From Marsupella aquatica (Eukaryota; Plantae; Marchantiophyta), in contig OZ316899.1 in the NCBI GenBank assembly GCA_973895155.1, forward strand, positions 4,219,241 through 4,283,240: 64,000 nucleotides of DNA, written 5' to 3'. The translations under genes and the position numbers were made by a program. Shown here one piece after another: positions 22,148 through 33,023 of this stretch. How positions within the stretch are numbered: the stretch's first letter is position 1; each line of letters starts with the position of its first letter. The notes under the pieces are model-generated. The model saw only the letters and a program-made list of their open reading frames with translations, did not search any database and was not told the DNA's origin.

Positions 22148-24455
22148 CCCTTAGTAGCTGACAAGGTCCTTGTAGGGGATGTTCCTGCCGGAGAGAAGGT
22201 GTTGTTGCAAGAGAAGATACCTCAAGTTAAGACAATGGATCTTGAAAAACTAATTTTTGTGAATGTCACTTCTAACGGTAATCTGGGTGTTGCTTTGGTG
22301 GATACAGGCGCGACCGCTTGCTTCATAAGTGGGCAGGCGGTGGCACGTCTTGGGGTGGACGTGCAAGAGTTGCTACAACCATTAGTGTGCAAGTTTGCCA
22401 ACAACACAAAGGGGATAGTGTCGAGAGTGGTACATAGACTTCGAGTAGAGGTCATAGGCGAACAACCAAATTTTGTTAGTCAGGAGATGTTCTACGTTCT
22501 AGACGGTCTAGCCGTACACTTCATTTTGTTGGTAGGTTATCTCAGAAAGCACAATGTTACCTTGAAACCAGGGGGTGAAGTGCTCCATTTTCCCAATAAG
22601 GGCGGTGAGCCCATCGTTGTACACAAAGTTACCAAAAATAAAGAAAGATTTCTTAAAGTAAGTAAAGTGTCATGGTGGAAAGACTTCAAGGGTGGACATG
22701 AATGTTTCTTCTTTCATCTCCACCCAATTAAGGAGGATGCTTCGCAGCCAAAGGTTAAGTCAGCTAAGGTCGGGCCCGACTGCGGTCAAATTCATGAAAT
22801 TTTAGAGGAATTCAATGACGTGCTCTTGCAGAAGCTACCTAAAGGTTTACTCCCGCGGAGAGAAGTGGATCACCAAGTTGAGTTGGAGCCAGGTTTGGCT
22901 CCTCAGGCTAAAGCTTGTTATCGTTTGAATCTGAACGAACAAATGATGTTGAAGAACGCCTTGGAAGAGTTGATCGACCAAGGGTTCATTCGTCCTAGTG
23001 AGAGTCCTTATGGGGCGCCCGCGCTGTTTGTGTCCAAAAAGGATGGTACTTTGAGGTTGTGTGCATATTAGCGGGCCCTCATCAAGCAGACGGTAAAGAA
23101 CAAGTACCCGCTACCTCATATGGATGACCTCTTTGATTGCCTCTCCTGGGCTAGGAAGTTTTTAGAGGTGAACTTGCGGTCTGGGTATTACTAGATCCGC
23201 ATGGCTAAGGGAGACGAATATAAGACCGCAATGCGCACAAGGTTTGGATCCTATGAGTTTTTGGTTATGCTGTTCGGGTTGTGTAATGCAACCGCAACGT
23301 TCATGAAGATGATGAATACCATCTTTCATGACTTGCTGGACCAAGGAGTGGTCGTCTTTATTGACGACATCCTAATCTACTCAAAAATGTTGGAGGAACA
23401 TGAGCAGTTGCTCAGAGAAGTGTTCTCTCACCTTCGTAAGGCTCGTCTCTTTGCTAAATCTAGCAAGTGCAAGTTTGCAATGAACGAGATTCAGTTCCTT
23501 GGCCATACCTTTACCCCGGAGGGGATTACGCCTAGTCAGGACAAGCTTAAGGAGATCAAAGAATGGGAGCGCCCGTCCAATGTAAGCCAGGTTAGAGCCT
23601 TCTTAGGATTTACGGGGTTCTATCGGAGATACCCGAAAGACTATGCGAGGATCGCGAGGCCCCTAAGCGCGCTAACGTTGAAAAACAAAGTGTTTGTGTG
23701 GACACAAGATTGCAAGTTAGCATTCCTAGAACTTAAGCGGCTAATGATAACGCCGCCGGTTTTAAAGTTACCTGAGATGGGGAAGTCGTTCAAGATTTGG
23801 ACAGACGCAAGTGATTATGCCATTGGCGTCTGTCTTCACCAAGATGGGTGTCCTGTGGCCTTCGAGTCATGCAAGTTGGAAAATCATTGGATTGTGATCT
23901 ATGCGTTGAAGAAGTGGGAGATTTACCTTAAGAACGGTCCTACAGTGATAATCCACACAAAAAGCTTGTCGGGCGGGTAATTCAGTTCTAAGCCAAGGCT
24001 GAACCCCAAGGAAATGCGTTGGCAGATGTTCTTGGCGGATTTTGATTTTGAAGTCCGTCACCTTTCTGGGAAGACAAACACGGCAGCTGACGCCTTATCG
24101 CGTAGGGACCATCATCGTGTCAATGGGATCACAATACTCAAATCCAAGTGGCCAAAGGTTCTGGCCGCGGCGTATGGGGATGACAGGTTAGCTAAGGAAT
24201 GACAAAGCAATGGGGGTAGCCAAGGCAAGGTAAGGCACATGTCATTGGGGTTGGATACGACGCATAATGTTAAGTTATGACGATACAAGCAGAGGCGTGT
24301 GTACATACCAGAGTCTCTAAGGTTAGAGGTTCTGCAAAAGTACCACGACTCACCCTGTGGAGGGCATGGAGGACAAGATGCTACGTATTGCAGCATGTCG
24401 CGAGATGTGTATTGGCCGGAGATGAAGCAATCGGTCCTTCGCCACGTGCAAAGTT
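22148..24455 (+). pseudogene. pol: Family A chromovirus copy A2: protease, RT, RNase H and start of integrase
   Basis: [60 protein letters not shown]; several stops. Confidence 0.92.
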
Positions 24456-25396
24456 TAGGGACCAAAGTTGGTCCGAGGGTGGCAGGTCTCCGCAAGCATA
24501 TATGAGGGGAGTGGTGTCACCCTAGGGGCCAAGCACGAGCCGAAGTCGTGAGCCGTGGCGATCGCGACACTAGAGGAAACCGCCACACAAAAATGACGAT
24601 ATCTTCCCAACAGGAAGTCCGTTGGAGGACTTCTTGGGTGCGTTGGAAAGCTCTCGACAAGGGCTACGTCCTCCTGAGCTCAGGTGGGTCTGGGGACACC
24701 ATGGGTTCTTGGGGTTTATGGGTGTTAGCCCGCCCGCTTGCCAAATCCTATCAAACAGCAGCCAAGTCGCGTTCAGTCTCCCAAGGGAGCTTGGCATTGG
24801 GGAGGCAAGGCCAAGTAGGTGTGGAGATTGAGTTCCAAGAGTGTTTGGCCCCTAGACCATCAGTGAGGAAAATTGGGAGTTGGTTGCTAGAGTTGGGGCC
24901 ATTCTGGTCCCGGCGTGTTGGGACAAGCTTTAGGACAAGCTACGCTATTTGGGCCATGAGCATGTCCTGGGGTCAAGGCGGTCATTTGGTGATGGATAGG
25001 TACGAGAGGGAACCCGGACCGCGCTCAAGGAAGGTGCTATTCTAGACAAACAGTGGGCGTGGGTTTTGGTTCCGGCTTATGGCATTGGGAGGACCTATCG
25101 GTGACCTATTTACCAATGTCTGTTGAGCTTGAGTTAGGATGCTAGACTTGGCAAGTTCTAGATCTTGAAGGGTTACTTATTGAGGTGCTTGGTTGCTTGT
25201 GCAGACAGTGAGGACCGTTGAGTAGCGGTTGCATTGGAGAGCAAGTGCGGCTTCGTATGGGAGGGGCCGCTGACGGTGCAAGGGGCACTAGGGTGTTTTC
25301 TCAAGGTATTCCGTGGAAGCGTTCGGGCAATAGGGGCACTTAGGCGTGAGTGTTGGGATTGGTGAGGGCACTGGGCGGCTAGGTCCACCACTTGAA
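24456..25396 (+). repeat. Family A LTR (3' portion) joined directly to the integrase Zn-finger region
   Basis: Collinear with 1-668 and the reverse complement of ~62430-63365. Confidence 0.85.
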
Positions 25397-25414
25397 CCCT
25401 GACTAGGCATCACA
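25397..25414 (-). repeat. 18-bp remnant of an element X terminus
   Basis: CCCTGACTAGGCATCACA versus TCCTGGCTAGGCATCACA at 59613-59630. Confidence 0.6.
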
Positions 25415-25639
25415 CGTACTATAATTTCTCTAAGACAATGAAAGGGCCGAGTTGCTTCTATTCCAAAAATCTCTCCAACAACAAAAAGATATGACAAGAG
25501 GGGCGAAAGGTGCAAAAAATAAAGGCAAGAAATCCTATCGTCCAAATTTATCCTTGATTAATTGCACTGTAAACAGGACCAACACTGGTAGATTTGAAAC
25601 AAGATTGTTTGTAACCACAACAAAAGAAATCATTGAAGA

Positions 25640-26679
25640 AACCCATAAGGATCTAGATCTCCCATGTCTAGCACCCTAGCCCAAGCTCAACAGACATTGG
25701 TAAGTAGGTCAATGATAGGTCCTTTCGATGCCATAAGCTGGAACCAGAACCGACACGCACTGTTTGTCAAGAACATCCCCTTCCTTGGGTGCAGCCCGAG
25801 TTCCCCCTCATACCTATCCATCAACAAATGACCACCCTATCCCTAGGACATTCTCATGGCCCAAGAAGCGCAGCTCGTCTTAAAGCTTGTCCCAAGCTTG
25901 TCCCAACACTTTGGGACCAGAATGGCCTTGACTCTAGCAACCATCTCTTGGTTCTCGCTCCACTAATGGTCTAGGGGCCAATTACCCTTGGAACTCAACC
26001 TCCATGCCTATTTGGCCTTGCCTCCCCAATGCAAGCTCCCTTGGAGACTAAATGCGACTTGGCTGTTGTTTTGATAGGATTTGGCAAGCGGGCGAGATAG
26101 CCCCCGCAAACCCCAAGAACCCATGGGACCCTTGAACCCAGATGAGCTTAGAAGAATGTAGTCCTCATTGAGAGATTTCCAAGGCACCCAAGAAGTACTC
26201 CAACGGACTTCCCGTTGGGAAGTTATCGTCGTTTTTGTTTGGCGTTTTCCCTTAGTGTTGTGACCACTGAGGCCCACGACTTTGGCTCGCCCTTAGCCCC
26301 CAAGGAGACACCATTCCCCTCATATATGCTTTTGGAGACCTGCCACCCTTGGACCTACTTTGGTCCCCCAATTCCCCCCCCCCCCACCTGGACCCCAATG
26401 GCGTCCGTAAGTGGAGTGCCTTAGCCTGTTGTGATTGGGCCGACCTAGTACTCATGCCTAGGCCCTTGGATGTCATTGTTGCCCGGGACCCCCAATTGGC
26501 CAAACCCAGATCGGGCCGTAACTCATGCCCCAATTGTCCGTTGTCCATGGAATAAACTCTATTTACCTTGGGTTCAAGAAGAGCTCTCACTCAAGCCCTC
26601 AAAACTCAAGGTCCGTCTGGGGGTCTGGACGGTCAACCCTTGAGTCCGATCCATTCCCTCTTGACCCAACCAACCCTCA
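25640..26679 (-). repeat. A3 3' LTR, distal part (last ~210 bp missing)
   Basis: Matches ~62650-63725; homology stops at AACCCATAAGG. Confidence 0.88.
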
Positions 26680-27257
26680 TGTAATAGAGGGTTTAAGCCC
26701 TTAAGGATATAAAAGTTATCATATATGAAAAAAATGGTTTTCAATGACCATGTTGAGGACCTTGAATGACTATTTAAATATCTTTGAAGTATATTAAGCT
26801 TGAATCATGCCAAGGTGCATGTAAAGATGTTATGGTTCCTCATCCAACTCAATAGTGAAAGAGGAAGAAAACCATAAATGGATTGGTATTGGGAAAATTT
26901 GATATTGAGGAGAGACCTATTTCAAACCCTCAAGGAATGGTTTGGCTTTGGAATTGAGATCCAACTTTTCACAAATTTGAGTTAGACGGTTAATTCTAAG
27001 ATGAATTAATCAGTGCATTTTAGTAACAAGTAGCTCAAACATTTATCAAGGTTGTGTTGCCCCACATTCTAATAGTTCATGGGAAAAATTACACCAGCTA
27101 AGTCACGGAAATTGAGGAGTTATTCCATCCAGAATTTGAAGCGATTTCCATCCGGTTTTTGAGTCGGTTTTTGATCCGATTTGGACATATCACCTGGTAG
27201 AAAATTGACCATAACTCTCAAACCATTTATCCAAATCAAGATCTATAAAGTGTGTTG

Positions 27258-27421
27258 TGTTGTAACCATTTACTCTAGACCATGGTTAACCCCTAACCCT
27301 ATCCTGAAGGGGTAACATGGGTTAACACCAACCCCAACATGTAACCCTATGGTGACTATATAAGTCACACCCATAATGGAACACAATAGCGAGTTGCAAG
27401 TCTCTCCATTGTCACACAACA
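27258..27421 (+). repeat. Copia 5' LTR
   Basis: TGTTGTAACC...CACACAACA; contains CTATATAAG; followed by CGTTATCAGCGC (Bianca-type PBS candidate). Confidence 0.97.
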
Positions 27422-27877
27422 CGTTATCAGCGCGATAGCATCTAATTTTTTTTTTTCAGTTTGGAGTTAAGGTAGGATAATTGGAGTACGGCTTTCAGAC
27501 AAAGAAATTGACTTCCAATGTTGCGTTTTTAGCCCCACCCCACATCAGTAACTGCCACCGATTCAAATCACACCATAATTTAAACTTCGGATCCTCTGAA
27601 TAGTCCACGAATCCTTACGGAAAACACACAATCCGTATATAATTGATTAGTGACACTATCGGAGAGGCATGAATCACTTTGAAATAGTGTTTTCCCGTTC
27701 AAATTCGACTCAATTTTTTTTATATCTTATTGTTCCGCCACGGAAATCCTGAGTTTCTTTTATCGCCAAGGAAAATCCCGTGGATAAAAAGGCACGAGTG
27801 ATTGAAGTAATTGAGAACGACATAGATTTGATATTAATCAGAACGCGGACAGTGATTTGTTACAGATTTGAGATACT

Positions 27878-30800
27878 ATGGCCACCCTGGAGAAATTACA
27901 CTTTCCAGCCCTATTGGCAGATGGCAATAATTACTTAACCTGGTCAATAGATGTAGAGACCTACTTCGCATCAATACAACTAGAGGATACATTAATTACT
28001 GATGACAATTTAACATTGCAACAGAAGGCCAAAGCTGTATTTCTACTTAGACAGCATTTGACACCATCACTGAAGACACAATATATGAGTGATCTTAATC
28101 CCCGTCTATTATGGGACAAATTAAAAGCTCGATTTGACCATATGCGAGAGGTCTGGCTCCCAGAAGCCCGCAGGGATTGGTTTAATCTACGTGTCATGGA
28201 TCATACTTCTATAGCAAATTATAATAGTTCTCTATTTCGTATTACATCTCAATTGGAGATGTGTGGCCACCCAGTTGCAGACTTAGACAAAATCGATAAA
28301 ACGTTGAGTACTTTCCCAGAGGCCAACATCGCCTTGGGAACTCAATACAGGAATATGCAATTCACAACTTATTCTAACTTAATTGCACATCTCCTAGTAG
28401 AGGAGAAACAACAAATTGTCTCTATACAGAATGCAAGGAAACGACCACCAGGCACTGCACCTATACCACAGAAACCAGAAATTAATTACAATGCCCCAGA
28501 AGACCAACAACGAAATATAAGAGGCCGGGGTACACAAAGAGGTGGATATAGAGGACGAGGTCGCAACTCAAATTATAGTGGAAGGGGAAATCAGTATGAA
28601 AATACCAGAGGTCGAGGCAGCAGAAGCCGTGGCCGGGGTAGAGGAAGAGGACGCGGCAGAGGTCACGCCCAATCATCTGACAACACACGAGAAGACCGAA
28701 TGTGTTATAGATGTGGAAAAATTGGCCACCTAAAGAAAGACTGCTGGGCTTCTGACCAAGCGGCTAAGAGGCACTCAGAAGCAAGAGCTAAGTTAAAGCA
28801 AAATCCAGATGGCAACTATATGGAATTGGAAGAGGAGCTACCATCTTATCGAGAAGAAAATGATACGATAGACCAATCCAACGCTGAAGCTCATCTGGTG
28901 ACAGAAGAGCCACCATATCCCTCCTCCAACGATCCCAATTTAGGTATCATTGATAGTGGGACATCCCACACTATCCTAAAAGATAGGAGTTATTTCCAAG
29001 ATATCACTCCATCTGCCAGGATAATGACAACCATATCAGGTACGAATAAGATTGAGGAAGGAACAGGAAAGGCTACTGTCAAATTTCCCCAAGGAACAGT
29101 CATTAACATCGAAGCAGCTATCTTTGCACCAAAAGCTACTCGAAATTTGATTAGCTTCAAAGACGTTGTTGCTAATAATTATCAACTCCGCACAGCAATG
29201 ATCCAGCAGAAACCTACTTTGCAAATAGTAGCCATGACCACAGATGGAATTCAAATCAAAGAGATACTACCTCTAATACCCCCAGGTTTATATGCAGCCC
29301 CAATAACAGCGAACTATGCCACAGCAGAATCAAATAATCTTACATACCTCTGGCACTGTCGACTGGGGCACCCGGGAATAAATATGTACCGTCGCATCAT
29401 CAAGGACTCACGAGGAATCCCTAAAGGAGTGCGTCCATCTATAAATCATAAGCAATGTCTTGCATGTTCTCAGGGGAAGCTGAGTACACGCCCAGCTACA
29501 CAAAAGACCATCTATACTATCCCTAAATTCCTGGAACGTCTAAATGCTGATGTCTGCGGGCCAATACACCCTCCAAGTGGGCCTTTCAGATATTTTTTAG
29601 CCATTGTAGACTCTTCAACTAAATGGCTCCACGTTTCATTAATTTCTACTCGTAACCTGGTCTTTGCCAGAATCTTAGCCAACTTATTAAAACTTCGAGT
29701 ACAATTCCCAGATTGTCCAATTAAGAAATTGCGAGTGGACGGGGCAGGGGAATTTACCTCCAGAGCATTTGACGACTTCTGTATGACAGCGGGGATCGAC
29801 ATTGAATACTCAGTTCCTTACGTCCATTTCCAGAACGGCATAGCAGAGTCAATCATAAAAAGGATTCAAATGATAACAAGGCCACTTCTATTGAACTCTA
29901 AACTACCACCTTCAGCATGGGGACACGCTGTCCTCCATGCAACAACTTTGCTTAAGTATCGACCGTCAGCATTTAATACTAAAACCCCTCATCACCTTGC
30001 ATTCGGTTTACCCCCTGACCTTTCACACATTAGAGTATTCGGATGTAAAGTGATGGTACCCATCCTTGGGCCACATCGATCCAAACTTGGCCCACAGAGG
30101 AGAGAAGGTATTTATATTGGCCATGACTCCTCGTCTCTTATCCGCTATCTGGAACCTAGCACAGCTGATGTATTTAAAGCAAGACACGCTGACTGCCATT
30201 TCTATGAGGAAATTTTCCCCTCATTACACGACATAACACCAGTACAGCTCAATTGGAATAGCAGAAATCTACTCAATCAAGATCCAAGAACTCAAAGTGC
30301 AGACGAGGAGGTAAGGCGCTTATTACATCTCCACGAAATGTTGGAAAAGATTCCTGACGCTTTCAATGACGCAGCAAATGTGACCAGATCACATGTTGAA
30401 GCAGTCAATACCCCAGCTCGGATTCAGCTGCTGCCAACTCAAGCAAAGGAAACCTTACCTAAGGCGAAGAGAGGACGCCCACTAGGATCCACTGATTCTC
30501 GCCCTCGCCAGAGACGTACACAAACGGTAAATACTGAAACCACATTTAATCTGGTCAGTATCGAACCAGAGAAAAAGAGGGCACCAGATAATGAAGAAAT
30601 GTCTATTCAATACACACACACAGGACACATTTATGCTCGATCAAACACAATAATAGACGAGCAGTTTGCTTATCATATAGCCCAATCCATCTCAAATGAT
30701 ACACCTGATCCCTATACAATCAAAGAAGCACAGAAAAGGCCCGATTGGCCACAGTGGAGAGAGGCTATCAATACAGAAATGGACGCATTAATCAAAAGAC

Positions 30801-32497
30801 AAGTATTCGGCCCAGTTAAGGTTGTACAACCAAAGAATGACTATACAGATAGTCGTTTTATATTCGTTAGAAAACGCAATGCCCAAGGAGATGTCATAAG
30901 ATATCGAGCAAGGCTTGTAGCGAAAGGCTACACCCAAATCCCTGGAAGGGATTACGATTTAACCTATTCGCCAGTTATGGATGTAACTACCTTTAGGTAC
31001 TTAATATCTTTTTCAAGAAAGCATAAACTCAAAAACATACTCATGGACGTGGTAACTGCGTACCTATATGGAGTCTTAGACTCCGAAATATATATGAAAG
31101 CTCCAAAGGAATTGCTCGAAAGAGTGGTAGAGCACATCCAGGGGAAGAATATACATACCCTAAGTCAGGACATGAAGTCGGGACTTCGACAGATTGTCCC
31201 TGATGATGACATTAAAGGCCTAGTGTTGAGCAGTGGCAACACACTCAAAGAACCACTCCAGTACCCAGGTAAATATGGGACTGGACAGCAGGCATTTGCT
31301 GTGCAAGTCCTTAAATCAATAAACGGACTGAAACAGAGCGGACGCATCTGGTATCAGACATTCAAAACTAAGATGCAGACTCTTGGCTTTATAAATGACG
31401 ACCTCGCCCCTTGCATTTTTATAAAACACCTAGCACCTGAGTTCGTGATATTAGCACTATATGTTGATGACGTCAATCTGTTCGGCACCCCCAAGCTATT
31501 AAAGCAGACTATTAATACAATGAAGGGCATCTTCGAAATGAAAGAACTGGGAGAACCGACGTATTGCCTCGGTCTACAGTTCGACCACCTGCCACAAGGT
31601 ATGTTTATTAGTCAATCAACTTACACAAAGAAAATTCTTCGACAGTTTAACATGCAGAATGCTTACTCAGTCTCGACTCCCATGGAGATGCGATCCCTGG
31701 ACACCACTAAAGATATGTTTAGAAGGAGACAAGAAAATGAACCACTTCTTGATGCAGACAAGCCTTATTTATCTGCAATCGGAGCTCTCCTCTATCTGGC
31801 GAACAACACCCGTCCCGACATTTCATTTGCAGTGAGTCTCTTGGCACGACATAGCGCCCAACCTACTATTCGCCACTGGAACGGCATCAAACGACTATTT
31901 CGTTATCTTCAAGGCTCCATGGATATGGGCCTGTATTTCGCCAATGATAACCCGGATGAACTGCAAGGATACGCGGACGCTGGATATCTATCCGATCCGC
32001 ATGACTCGAAATCTCAGACTGGTTATGTCTTCTTGCAAGGCAACACAGCAATATCATGGCGCAGTACAAAACAAACCTTGACTACCACATCGTCCAATCA
32101 TTCAGAAGTAATAGCTCTTTACGAAGCAACAAGAGAAGCGCTATGGCTTCGAAACATCATAAACCACATCCGCAAGAATACTGGTAAGCCACTACTCACC
32201 AAACCGACGATTATCCATGAAGATAACAAAGCTTGCGTGGACCAAATCAATGCAGGATATATGAAGACAGACCGCACGAAGCATATCGACCCAAAATTTT
32301 TCTTTACCCATGAACAGATAGGGCAGCACATCAATGTGCACTGGAAGAGCTCCCAGGAGAACTGTGCTGATCTATTCACGAAGCCATTACCCGCCAGCCT
32401 CCATCGAAAGCACGTAGCAGCGATCGGCATGACAAGATTGTCGACATTGCGCCTGCCCGTCGACACACAAACGAGAGAAACTCCACAGTTTAAATGA
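27878..32497 (+). CDS. gag-pol: Copia Gag-Pol polyprotein (Gag, CCHC, PR, GAG-pre-IN, IN, RT, RH)
   Basis: NNYLTW..D (Bianca-type gag), CYRCGKIGHLKKDC, IIDSGTSH, LWHCRLGHPG, DVCGP..RVDGAGEF, RYRARLVAKG, YVDD, YADAGY..D, KHIDPKFFF. Confidence 0.98.
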   Translation: MATLEKLHFPALLADGNNYLTWSIDVETYFASIQLEDTLITDDNLTLQQKAKAVFLLRQHLTPSLKTQYMSDLNPRLLWDKLKARFDHMREVWLPEARRDWFNLRVMDHTSIANYNSSLFRITSQLEMCGHPVADLDKIDKTLSTFPEANIALGTQYRNMQFTTYSNLIAHLLVEEKQQIVSIQNARKRPPGTAPIPQKPEINYNAPEDQQRNIRGRGTQRGGYRGRGRNSNYSGRGNQYENTRGRGSRSRGRGRGRGRGRGHAQSSDNTREDRMCYRCGKIGHLKKDCWASDQAAKRHSEARAKLKQNPDGNYMELEEELPSYREENDTIDQSNAEAHLVTEEPPYPSSNDPNLGIIDSGTSHTILKDRSYFQDITPSARIMTTISGTNKIEEGTGKATVKFPQGTVINIEAAIFAPKATRNLISFKDVVANNYQLRTAMIQQKPTLQIVAMTTDGIQIKEILPLIPPGLYAAPITANYATAESNNLTYLWHCRLGHPGINMYRRIIKDSRGIPKGVRPSINHKQCLACSQGKLSTRPATQKTIYTIPKFLERLNADVCGPIHPPSGPFRYFLAIVDSSTKWLHVSLISTRNLVFARILANLLKLRVQFPDCPIKKLRVDGAGEFTSRAFDDFCMTAGIDIEYSVPYVHFQNGIAESIIKRIQMITRPLLLNSKLPPSAWGHAVLHATTLLKYRPSAFNTKTPHHLAFGLPPDLSHIRVFGCKVMVPILGPHRSKLGPQRREGIYIGHDSSSLIRYLEPSTADVFKARHADCHFYEEIFPSLHDITPVQLNWNSRNLLNQDPRTQSADEEVRRLLHLHEMLEKIPDAFNDAANVTRSHVEAVNTPARIQLLPTQAKETLPKAKRGRPLGSTDSRPRQRRTQTVNTETTFNLVSIEPEKKRAPDNEEMSIQYTHTGHIYARSNTIIDEQFAYHIAQSISNDTPDPYTIKEAQKRPDWPQWREAINTEMDALIKRQVFGPVKVVQPKNDYTDSRFIFVRKRNAQGDVIRYRARLVAKGYTQIPGRDYDLTYSPVMDVTTFRYLISFSRKHKLKNILMDVVTAYLYGVLDSEIYMKAPKELLERVVEHIQGKNIHTLSQDMKSGLRQIVPDDDIKGLVLSSGNTLKEPLQYPGKYGTGQQAFAVQVLKSINGLKQSGRIWYQTFKTKMQTLGFINDDLAPCIFIKHLAPEFVILALYVDDVNLFGTPKLLKQTINTMKGIFEMKELGEPTYCLGLQFDHLPQGMFISQSTYTKKILRQFNMQNAYSVSTPMEMRSLDTTKDMFRRRQENEPLLDADKPYLSAIGALLYLANNTRPDISFAVSLLARHSAQPTIRHWNGIKRLFRYLQGSMDMGLYFANDNPDELQGYADAGYLSDPHDSKSQTGYVFLQGNTAISWRSTKQTLTTTSSNHSEVIALYEATREALWLRNIINHIRKNTGKPLLTKPTIIHEDNKACVDQINAGYMKTDRTKHIDPKFFFTHEQIGQHINVHWKSSQENCADLFTKPLPASLHRKHVAAIGMTRLSTLRLPVDTQTRETPQFK

Positions 32498-32850
32498 GCA
32501 GCTCGAGCCGACAGACGACAGCCGACTCGACGACGATGCAACCTAAAACTTTCGTTCCTGTATACATAGACAGAATACGATTTTTCATACCAATACAAGA
32601 TAGAATAATTATTATCGTAAACACCCCATTTAAACTAAGGGGAAGTAGTTTTAGTAATAGGGGACCCAAATTAAACTTTACATTTGGACAAATTATAAGG
32701 TAGACTCACCTTAGTGCAAATTTAAGAAAATCCTACTAATGGTGGCTAGAACCCTTTTTCCTTATGAAGAAAGCAGAAGGTTTTAATGGGGTAGCACCAA
32801 AAATAAACATAGGGTTAGTAGTGTGGTGATTTTATACCCCTAAACTCTCC

Positions 32851-33023
32851 AAGGGGAAGTGTTGTAACCATTTACTCTAGACCATGGTTAACCCCTAACC
32901 CTATCCTGAAGGGGTAACATGGGTTAACACCAACCCCAACATGTAACCCTATGGTGACTATATAAGTCACACCCATAATGGAACACAATAGCGAGTTGCA
33001 AGTCTCTCCATTGTCACACAACA
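32851..33023 (+). repeat. Copia PPT (AAGGGGAAG, 32851-32859) and 3' LTR (32860-33023)
   Basis: Direct repeat of 27258-27421 preceded by a purine run. Confidence 0.96.

Larger units (their letters stand above)
27258..33023 (+). mobile_element. Intact Ty1/copia retrotransposon, Bianca-like
   Basis: Two 164-bp LTRs that read identical; TSD TGTTG (27253-27257, 33024-33028); single 1539-aa ORF. Confidence 0.98.

Noticed and set aside
24548-25045. 165-aa ORF in the family A LTR
   Set aside because: Interrupted at different positions in the other three LTR copies; no recognisable domain.
27285-27305. Telomere-like CCCTAACCCTA; similar words in X and E
   Set aside because: One or two units only, inside LTRs; not an array.
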